This document shows positions 1-6,577 of a stretch of DNA of 32,805 bases, one piece after another. The DNA lies in IMG/VR virus record IMGVR_UViG_3300015086_000001, positions 1 to 32,805 of that record. One strand, given 5' to 3'. The translations under genes and the position numbers were made by a program. The notes under the pieces are model-generated. The model was given only the letters and a program-made list of their open reading frames with translations. It was not told where the DNA came from and searched no databases. Origin of the DNA: a virus. Positions within the stretch are counted from its first letter, which is position 1; every line of letters begins with the position of its first letter.

Positions 1-127
1 CGCGGACCTCGCCGGGGCCGCCGACCCCACCAACATCTACTACGACACCGGTGAGGTCGTCGACACAGCAACCCGCACCCTGGCCCTCACCTACCCCGTC
101 AACAACCGTTACGACCACCTGCAGGTC
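1..127. repeat. 127-bp exact terminal duplication (same as 32679..32805); circular-assembly overlap
   Basis: Read directly. 1..127 (cgcggacctcgccggggcc...gaccacctgcaggtc) is base-for-base identical to 32679..32805. Confidence 0.95.
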
Positions 128-457
128 CGGGTCAAAGCCGCCGGGCTGTGGAGTGCGTGGGCTGACTGCCGGGTGCTGGTGTCCTGGACAGCCCCGATGG
201 TGCCCACCGTGGTCTGCACCCCCAACCCCGCCCGTGCGTCGATCCTCATCGCCGTCACCAACCCGGCCGTCACCGGCGGCGCACCCGTCACGGCGTACAA
301 CGACATCGAGGTGTCCGCGTTCGGCATCGAGTACCGGGCCAAAACCCTGATGGCCCCCAACTCGACGTGGGAGTGGATGCTCCCCGGATCCGGGTGGGCC
401 TACGCGGTCCGCGCTGTAGCCGTGGGCACCAACGGCACGACCGCCAGCAGCGTCTAA
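1..457 (+). CDS. Minor tail protein with FN3-like repeats, 3-prime part of the gene that starts at 31672 (wraps the circle)
   Basis: Frame 2 is open from the window start to TAA 455-457. The frame matches the ORF from 31672 once the overlap is collapsed (32806 = 128). Beta-strand patterns such as WSAWADCRVLVSWTAP and SGWAYAVRAVAVGTNG are typical of FN3-type tail proteins. Confidence 0.8.
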   Translation, partial: ADLAGAADPTNIYYDTGEVVDTATRTLALTYPVNNRYDHLQVRVKAAGLWSAWADCRVLVSWTAPMVPTVVCTPNPARASILIAVTNPAVTGGAPVTAYNDIEVSAFGIEYRAKTLMAPNSTWEWMLPGSGWAYAVRAVAVGTNGTTASSV

Positions 458-474
458 CCCAGGAAAGGCTTTTG

Positions 475-2196
475 ATGGCTCAAATGTCCGCCGGTAACGG
501 CCCGGTCACCCCGAACCTCGCCGCTATCGTTGCCGCTGAGGCTGCGACCGCCCGCGCCGCTGAGGCCGTCGCGCAGGCCAAAGCGGACGCCGCCGCAGCC
601 AAGGCGTCGAACCTCTCCGACCTGGCCGACGCGGCCACGGCCCGGACGAACCTCGGCCTCGGCACCGCGGCGACCCACGCGACCGGCGACTACGACCCTG
701 CCGGGGCTGCCGCCGCTGAGGCTGTCACGGCACGGAACGCCAGCAACCTCTCCTCTGGCACCGTGCCCGACGCCAGGCTCCCCATCACCGCGCAGGCGGC
801 GACACTTAGTTCCACATATGGGACGGCTGGGGAGGTCCGTTCCAAGGTCAAGACGGACGGCACCGACCAGACAGCGATCCTGCAAGCCGAACTCGACACA
901 CTGACCGTATCCGGCGCGGGCGGCACGCTGATCCTGCCCACAGGGACGGTCACGATCAACGGCACGATCACTCTGACCAACGACGGGGCGACCCCACCCA
1001 AGCAGGCCACCCTCAAACTGCGGGGCGCGGGTGCGCACTGGTCCGGGCGCGGCACCGCCCCGGTCGGCGGGACCACCCTCGACATCAAGGGCATCGACAC
1101 CTACGGCAAACTCAAGACCAACGGGCTCGGCCTGCTGGCCATTAGCGGCGTCACGTTCAGGGACTCATCAGGTGGCGCCACCCCGTTCATCTACACCACG
1201 AACACCACACTGCACATTGATGAGTGCGCGTTCGTCGGCTCCAAAACTGGGGTTGCCTGCGACCAGGACGCGATCATCTGCGGTGGCACCGTCAACATCG
1301 AGGGCCAAGGCGACTTCACTCACGGATTCCAGGGCTACGGGACCGTCATCAGCCGTAACTACTTCAACGGCATCCGCCGCGCCGTGTACGGGCGGACCTA
1401 CTTCAACGCCAACGTCATCCGGGATAACACGATGTGGGCCGGCTGCGGGTTCGCCACCGGCGCAGCAATCGAAATCGACGGGACGCTCTCCACCGCCTGC
1501 GGCAACGTGATCGTCGGCAACCTCATCGAGACCCCCAACTACCAGTGGGGCATCCAACTCGCCAATGCCCAACAGAACACCCTCTCCGGTAATGGCATCT
1601 TCGACTGCGGCGCGGGCACCCTCGCAGGTGTCCGCGCAGAAGCGACGGCGCAGTACAACCGGGTCGAAGCCGGGTTCATCCAAGGCAGCAAGCCCTACCT
1701 TGCCGACGCTGCGGGCAACAACACCTTCGTCAGTCACGCCCAAGGTGTCAGATCCGTTTTCGGTCAGGGTCTGACCGTGACCAACGACATCAACCTCCTG
1801 GGCGGAACCGGTGGTGGGGTTCTGCTGAGCTCGTACAACGGCGTGCTGACAGTCGGCGGACAAATCAAGAACCTTGCAGCGGAAAACCTCTTCGGCCCTG
1901 TCACCAACTACCTCGACATCGGGTCACTTGGCACCGGGGACACGTGGGTAGACACCAGAGGCTCTAACGCAAACATCAACCTCAAACTCCGCGCACAAGG
2001 CACTGGTGCTGTCCAGCCGCAATCAGCCATGGCTATGGCCTCCGGGAAGTCCTTCAAAGCCGCGCCAACGACAACTGCCGCTCGACCATCAGCCGCAACC
2101 ATGGGTGTCGGTGCGGAGTTCTACGACACCACGCTGCTGATACCCATCTGGAGCGACGGCACCAACTGGAAGAACGCCGCTGGAACCGTCGTCTAG
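475..2196 (+). CDS. Tail fibre / tailspike with pectate-lyase-like right-handed beta-helix (putative depolymerase)
   Basis: ATG 475 is preceded by AGGAAAGG (461-468); 573 aa. The N-terminus is Ala-rich with an NLGLGTAA fibre motif. It is followed by DGTDQTAILQAELD..GGTLILPTGTVTINGTITL and repeated Gly/Asn-rich strands. Confidence 0.8.
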   Translation: MAQMSAGNGPVTPNLAAIVAAEAATARAAEAVAQAKADAAAAKASNLSDLADAATARTNLGLGTAATHATGDYDPAGAAAAEAVTARNASNLSSGTVPDARLPITAQAATLSSTYGTAGEVRSKVKTDGTDQTAILQAELDTLTVSGAGGTLILPTGTVTINGTITLTNDGATPPKQATLKLRGAGAHWSGRGTAPVGGTTLDIKGIDTYGKLKTNGLGLLAISGVTFRDSSGGATPFIYTTNTTLHIDECAFVGSKTGVACDQDAIICGGTVNIEGQGDFTHGFQGYGTVISRNYFNGIRRAVYGRTYFNANVIRDNTMWAGCGFATGAAIEIDGTLSTACGNVIVGNLIETPNYQWGIQLANAQQNTLSGNGIFDCGAGTLAGVRAEATAQYNRVEAGFIQGSKPYLADAAGNNTFVSHAQGVRSVFGQGLTVTNDINLLGGTGGGVLLSSYNGVLTVGGQIKNLAAENLFGPVTNYLDIGSLGTGDTWVDTRGSNANINLKLRAQGTGAVQPQSAMAMASGKSFKAAPTTTAARPSAATMGVGAEFYDTTLLIPIWSDGTNWKNAAGTVV

Positions 2197-2225
2197 CCAC
2201 CACATATGACCCGGATATCTGGTGG
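2197..2225 (+). terminator. Hairpin directly after the fibre gene stop
   Basis: ccaccacatat (2197-2207) pairs with atatctggtgg (2215-2225) with one mismatch and a 7-nt loop. Only a short TT follows. Confidence 0.4.
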
Positions 2226-2378
2226 TTCCCCCAGAGGTTTAGGCCGCCGAGCAAAACCCGCATAACTCTCCAAAAGCCGGCTCAGGGGCGGCCTAGTTTC
2301 TCCGGAGTTTGTGCGAACCCTGAACCCGGAAAGCCCATAAACCCGCACCATGGAACCCGAGCGAAGTGAGTCTGACCC

Positions 2379-2981
2379 ATGCCCAAGAATCGCCCGTCCG
2401 GGATCGCCACCGACTCCTCCGGCGGCCCAGTAGTCGACCCCACCAAGAACGTCATCGACCTCAACGAGGCGTCCGTCAAACGCCTCGACGACCTCCGGAC
2501 GATGGAGTCGTACTACGGCAAGCAGGTAGCCGACCTGCGCACCAAGCGCACTGACGACCTAGCAGAACTACGGGGCAAGCACTACCGCGAACTGCGCGTC
2601 TCCGAAGCAGGCCGCATCGACGCGATCCTCATCAGCATCGCCGAGACCGCGCAACTCACCTCAGCCGCCGCGGAAACCCGGGCCACCACCCTCGCCAACC
2701 AGGTCACCAACTCGGCGGACACCCTACGCAACCAGGTAGCCGACGCCGCGCAGGCGTCCAACGACACCCTGGACCGCAGGTTCGACCCGATCCAGAAGAG
2801 CATCGAGGAGATCCGCCGGTTCCAGTTCGAAACCCAAGGCGGGAAGACGTCGGTGAACGAGTCCCACGCCAACTGGGGCATGTGGATCGGCGTCGCGGTC
2901 GCGGCGTTCGTCGGGATGAACGGACTGTTCCTGACCGCTCTCGGGATCGTTGGGACATACATGCTGACCAGGCCCCGATGA
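2379..2981 (+). CDS. Coiled-coil protein with a single C-terminal transmembrane anchor (lysis-cassette-associated, function unknown)
   Basis: 200 aa with good GC3. Long heptad-like stretches (DLRTKRTDDLAELRGKHYRELR..). The C-terminal hydrophobic segment is WGMWIGVAVAAFVGMNGLFLTALGIVGTYML. Confidence 0.8.
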   Translation: MPKNRPSGIATDSSGGPVVDPTKNVIDLNEASVKRLDDLRTMESYYGKQVADLRTKRTDDLAELRGKHYRELRVSEAGRIDAILISIAETAQLTSAAAETRATTLANQVTNSADTLRNQVADAAQASNDTLDRRFDPIQKSIEEIRRFQFETQGGKTSVNESHANWGMWIGVAVAAFVGMNGLFLTALGIVGTYMLTRPR

Positions 2982-3085
2982 GCGACTTGGATTCCCTCGA
3001 AGCAAGGCGGCTGGTCTTCCTGGCCGGCCTGGCTATCGGTGCCGCGCTCGCGTTGGCCGCGCAGGCCCGGCTGCTGCACCACTGA
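2978..3085 (+). CDS. 35-aa single-pass membrane peptide
   Basis: ATG 2978 overlaps the upstream stop as ATGA. The peptide is MSDLDSLEARRLVFLAGLAIGAALALAAQARLLHH. It is below the ORF-track length cut-off from this start. Confidence 0.55.
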   Translation: MSDLDSLEARRLVFLAGLAIGAALALAAQARLLHH

Positions 3086-3125
3086 CGGTCACCGCCCGGT
3101 CCAGACAACCGCCGGACGGCGACTC

Positions 3126-3161
3126 GCGCCGCCCGCTGTTTCTTGCTCCGGCGGGCGGCGC
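3126..3161 (+). promoter_or_regulatory. GC-rich 11-bp-stem hairpin between the membrane peptide and the endolysin
   Basis: gcgccgcccgc (3126-3136) is the exact reverse complement of gcgggcggcgc (3151-3161), with a 14-nt loop and no U-tract. Confidence 0.35.
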
Positions 3162-3230
3162 CCACCATCCACGGCCCCCGATCTACAAGCGCCGTCGCCG
3201 TGCCCCAAGCATCGACAGGAAGGTACCACC

Positions 3231-4046
3231 ATGGCCATGGCCCCCCGCATCGTCCCCCGAGCAGCCTGGGGTGCCCGCCGACCCAAGACCACACCGGCCA
3301 CAGTCCCCATCGCCGCACGGACCGCGACCTGCGTCCACCACGACGGCAAAGTGCCCATCAACATCCGGACCGTCGCCGAGGCATACGTACTCGTCCGCCG
3401 CGACCAGAACTTCCACATGGACGGCAACGGCTGGAACGACATCGGCTACAACTTCCTCGTCATCAGCGCACCCGGCACACCCATCGACGGGATGATCCTC
3501 GAAGGCCGCGGCCGGGACGTCATCGGCGCCCACGTCCTGAACTGGAACACCCCGTGGATCGGCGTCCAGGTCGCCATCGGAGGAGCCCAACAACCCAGCC
3601 CAGCAGCCCTCGCATCTGTGCGCTGGCTGCACGACGGGTTCGTAGTCGCCGCCAAACACGTCCTCAGCATGAAGGGCCACCTCGACGGGTTCCCTACCAT
3701 CTGCCCCGGGCCGATCCTGCAGGCATGGGTGAGGGCAGGGATGCCAGTGACAGTTCCTCCGAGCTCGCCCGCCCCCAAGCCGCCGACCCCAACGAAGCAG
3801 CAGCCGACCCCAACAGGAGCCCTTCACGTGAACACCCTCGACTTCTCCCACGTCACCGCGGCCAGCACCACGTGGGTTCGGGGCACCGCAGTGGCGCCCC
3901 TGCAGCGGCTCCTGCAGGTCAATTCTGACGGGCTCGGAGGTCCGGGAACCCGGGCCACGCTGTACGCCTACCAGTCGTCCCACGGGCTCAAACCCGACGC
4001 CGTCTTCGGGCCGGCCACAGCCACAACCCTGCTCGCAGGAAGGTGA
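3231..4046 (+). CDS. Endolysin: N-acetylmuramoyl-L-alanine amidase (PGRP/Amidase_2-like) plus C-terminal peptidoglycan-binding domain
   Basis: ATG 3231 follows AGGAAGG (3217-3223). Motifs: CVHHDG, NFHMDGNGWNDIGYNFLV, GAHVLNWN, TICPGP. A Pro-rich linker is followed by a PG_binding_1-like repeat (DGLGGPGTRATLYAYQSSHGLKPDAVFGPATATTL). Confidence 0.9.
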   Translation: MAMAPRIVPRAAWGARRPKTTPATVPIAARTATCVHHDGKVPINIRTVAEAYVLVRRDQNFHMDGNGWNDIGYNFLVISAPGTPIDGMILEGRGRDVIGAHVLNWNTPWIGVQVAIGGAQQPSPAALASVRWLHDGFVVAAKHVLSMKGHLDGFPTICPGPILQAWVRAGMPVTVPPSSPAPKPPTPTKQQPTPTGALHVNTLDFSHVTAASTTWVRGTAVAPLQRLLQVNSDGLGGPGTRATLYAYQSSHGLKPDAVFGPATATTLLAGR

Positions 4047-4050
4047 ACCA

Positions 4051-4377
4051 GTGAGCCCGAACCAAGCCGCCCGCCGCGTCGACGGCGAGCCCGTCATCAT
4101 GGTCCTATCCGTCCTCGCAAGCTTCCAGTTGCTCTTCGCCGGCGCCGGCCTGTCCGACGTCATCGGCGCCAAGCCAGTGTTCCTCGGCATGCTGCTCGTC
4201 GCCTCCATCCAGGGCGGCATCCAATTTTGGGTGAGGGGACAAACCGTCGCCGCGGTCAACGTCGTCGCCTACGTCGCACCCAACAGCGCCGTCGTCGCCG
4301 GCAGCGCCCTGATGGGTGTCCCCGAAGGGGAACCCGTCGCCGTCGTCGCCACCCCGCCCCCTGTTCTGCCCTCCTGA
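4051..4377 (+). CDS. Holin (two predicted TM helices)
   Basis: GTG 4051 lies 7 nt after AGGAAGG. Hydrophobic segments are VIMVLSVLASFQLLFAGAGL and VFLGMLLVASIQGGIQFWV, followed by RGQTV, as in actinophage holins. The gene is immediately downstream of the endolysin. Confidence 0.7.
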   Translation: MSPNQAARRVDGEPVIMVLSVLASFQLLFAGAGLSDVIGAKPVFLGMLLVASIQGGIQFWVRGQTVAAVNVVAYVAPNSAVVAGSALMGVPEGEPVAVVATPPPVLPS

Positions 4378-4411
4378 CCTTCACGGTCCCCTTCCTAGGA
4401 GGGCAGCGAAC

Positions 4412-4446
4412 CGCCCCCACCTGGTGCCCAGGTGGGGGCGTTCTCG
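4412..4446 (+). terminator. Intrinsic terminator of the late/lysis operon
   Basis: cgcccccacctgg (4412-4424) pairs perfectly with ccaggtgggggcg (4428-4440) and is followed by TTCTCGTT. Confidence 0.7.
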
Positions 4447-4618
4447 TTGAAATCGCAGCTGATTCCCTGCGAACGCTCGTTGGCAGAGAACGCAGGAAAG
4501 AGACGGTCGACAGGTCGATTACCAGCGGGTAGGGTCCACCAGACCAAAGGCGGCCCCGCTCAGTGCGTCCAACACTGAACGAGGCCTTGCCGCCACCAGA
4601 TGTGACCTGGAGACGACC

Positions 4619-5524
4619 ATGCAAGAGACTAACCACACCCCTGCCCCAATAGGTCCCGCAGAGCAGGCCGTAATCGGCTTCCTCGCCCGATACTCGTGCG
4701 CCGGCACCGTCGACGCCTACACGATCGATCTGCGCATCCTCTTCCAGTGGTGCGCCGCTAACGGCGTCGAGCCCTTGCAGGCATCACGCACACACCTCGA
4801 GCTCTTTGCCCGCCACCTCGAGCACGACCGCGGCAACTGCCCGGTCTCGGTCCACCGGCGCCTGAGCACGATCAAGTGCTTCTACAACATCGCCTCCATC
4901 GACGGCTACGTCGGTCAGTCCCCAGCCATCCACCTACGCCTCCCTCGCGTCTTCAAGGACGAGACCAAGACCCTCGGCCTGGACCGTCTCGAGCTCGGCG
5001 CGGTCGTCTCCGCCGCCCGAGCCTCCAGCGCCTGCGACTCGGCGCTGATCACCATGCTCGGACTGCTTGGGCTGCGGGTCTCCGAAGCCTGCAACGTCCG
5101 GATCCAGGACATCCACGGCCTCGAGCGCGGCCACCGCACACTGACTCTGGTCGGCAAAGGCCGCAAGCCCGCCACGATGCCGCTCGCCGTACCTGTCGCC
5201 CGGGTCCTGGACGCCGCGGCCGGTGACCGGATCGAGGGCCCGCTCCTGCTGCGCGCCAACGGCCGGCCCATGAACCGCGACTCGGCTGCCCGGGTCGTGG
5301 TCCGCCTGGCCAAGCAGGTCGGCATCAAGAAGAAGCTTTCACCGCACTCGTTGCGGCACTCGTACATCACTGCGTGCCTGGACGCCGGGGTCCCGCTGCG
5401 CGACGTGCAGATCGCCGCCCGCCACTCCGACCCCCGTATGACGACCCGGTACGACCGCGCCCGCGGCAACCTCGACAGGCACGCCAACTACGTCGTCGCC
5501 GCCTTCATCGCCGGCGCCGCATAG
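4619..5524 (+). CDS. Tyrosine recombinase 1 (XerC/D-like integrase)
   Basis: GGAGA lies 5 nt upstream of the ATG; 301 aa. There is a SAM-like N-domain. Catalytic pattern: GLRVSE (R), GKGRK (K), HSLRH (HxxR), ARHSD (H), TTRY (Y). Confidence 0.92.
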   Translation: MQETNHTPAPIGPAEQAVIGFLARYSCAGTVDAYTIDLRILFQWCAANGVEPLQASRTHLELFARHLEHDRGNCPVSVHRRLSTIKCFYNIASIDGYVGQSPAIHLRLPRVFKDETKTLGLDRLELGAVVSAARASSACDSALITMLGLLGLRVSEACNVRIQDIHGLERGHRTLTLVGKGRKPATMPLAVPVARVLDAAAGDRIEGPLLLRANGRPMNRDSAARVVVRLAKQVGIKKKLSPHSLRHSYITACLDAGVPLRDVQIAARHSDPRMTTRYDRARGNLDRHANYVVAAFIAGAA

Positions 5525-5539
5525 CCCCCCCTCCAGCTG

Positions 5540-5573
5540 CCTGCTGATAGGTCGGACAGGCCGACCCAGCAGG
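5540..5573 (+). promoter_or_regulatory. Composite hairpin 16 nt after the int1 stop (terminator or recombination-site element)
   Basis: cctgctg/cagcagg (5540-5546 / 5567-5573) encloses ggtcgg/ccgacc (5550-5555 / 5561-5566). Confidence 0.4.
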
Positions 5574-5691
5574 ACACTGAACGCCACTCCTGAACCCAGT
5601 CAGGTGGGGGCGTTTTCATGCCCACAGAGGCGACCGATAACGAAGATTCAAGCTAAGCCGTAGCCTGCTACTCAGTCCTCTCCGGACAACG

Positions 5692-5727
5692 CGCCCCACC
5701 TGGTCCCCAACAGGTGGGGCGTTTTTA
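5692..5727 (+). terminator. Intrinsic terminator
   Basis: cgccccacctg (5692-5702) pairs with caggtggggcg (5711-5721), with an 8-nt loop, followed by TTTTTA. Confidence 0.8.
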
Positions 5728-5786
5728 TGCTCAAACCACTGACCCTGATTAACGATTCATCGAACTGAACAGCGAGGCGCGCCCCA

Positions 5787-6428
5787 ATGACCTATCCCGC
5801 GACCCAGACGTACTGGCTTCAGTCGACTAACCGATCCCGGTTCGGGCTGCGTCGCTACTCCTCCCGAGAAGGTCGCACCGGATGGACCTGCGAGAGCGGA
5901 TGGCACGAGGCAAAGGGACCTCTCGTGTGGGAGGGCACAGCGGTGCAGACCGAGCATGACTCTGGCCACCGCACATTGGCCGCCCTGCCGGATACCTCGC
6001 ATGACAGCCCGCTCTGGCCGCGATTCTGCCAAGCGGGCTGCGGCTACGAGTTCGTCGAGAGCGACAACTGGCAGGACACCCAGGACCAGCTCTACCAGCG
6101 CACCGACACCGGCCAGCGATTCACCCTGCGCGACGCTCCGCCCGGTGCCTGCTGGGACGCCTGGTGGATGCCCGACAACTGGCGCGGCGCCGACGGCATC
6201 GCGCTCATGGTCCGCTGCCCCAACGGCGACGACTGGCATGTCGACAGCGAGGCCAGCAACTGCACCCGCAAGGGCGAGACCCACCAGTGCTGGGTCCGCC
6301 ACGGCGACCCACGCCAGGCCAACGTCACCGTCGACAAGAACGGCGACACCTGCGCAGCTGGTGCAGGCTCCATCCTCGCCGGGGACTACCACGGCTTCCT
6401 CATCGGTGGCCTGCTCACTGCCGGCTGA
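5787..6428 (+). CDS. Trp/Cys-rich 213-aa hypothetical protein (moron between two recombinase genes)
   Basis: GAGG lies 9 nt upstream. GC3 is strongly G/C in this frame, unlike the overlapping ORFs 5757..6482(-) and 5956..6921(+). The C-terminus is ..CPNGDDWHVD..HQCWVRHGDP..NVTVDKNGDTCAAGAGSILAGDYHGFLIGGLL. Confidence 0.75.
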   Translation: MTYPATQTYWLQSTNRSRFGLRRYSSREGRTGWTCESGWHEAKGPLVWEGTAVQTEHDSGHRTLAALPDTSHDSPLWPRFCQAGCGYEFVESDNWQDTQDQLYQRTDTGQRFTLRDAPPGACWDAWWMPDNWRGADGIALMVRCPNGDDWHVDSEASNCTRKGETHQCWVRHGDPRQANVTVDKNGDTCAAGAGSILAGDYHGFLIGGLLTAG

Positions 6429-6439
6429 CCTCATTCGAC

Positions 6440-6464
6440 CTACAAGATTTCCGAATCTTTGTAG
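6440..6464. repeat. AT-rich near-perfect palindrome CTACAAGATTT-CCG-AATCTTTGTAG
   Basis: The arms are complementary apart from one bulged base. It is locally the most AT-rich spot in a GC-rich genome and is followed by a second TGTAG at 6469-6473. Confidence 0.6.
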
Positions 6465-6487
6465 CTCTGTAGCACCCCACACACGTA

Positions 6488-6518
6488 GGCCACGAGCACC
6501 CGCTCGTGGCCCTTTTTC
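6488..6518 (+). terminator. Intrinsic terminator after the 213-aa gene
   Basis: ggccacgagc (6488-6497) pairs with gctcgtggcc (6502-6511), loop accc, followed by CTTTTTC. Confidence 0.85.
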
Positions 6519-6577
6519 GTGGGCGCAGATGTGTGGACTAAGAAACCAAATGCCCCAAATTGCAGGAGCTGAGCACG

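Noticed and set aside
3183-4259. 358-aa minus-strand ORF across the endolysin and holin, plus the + strand ORF 3143-3928
   Set aside because: They overlap a + strand ORF with unmistakable amidase and PG-binding motifs. The alternative frames are low-complexity and Arg/Pro-rich.
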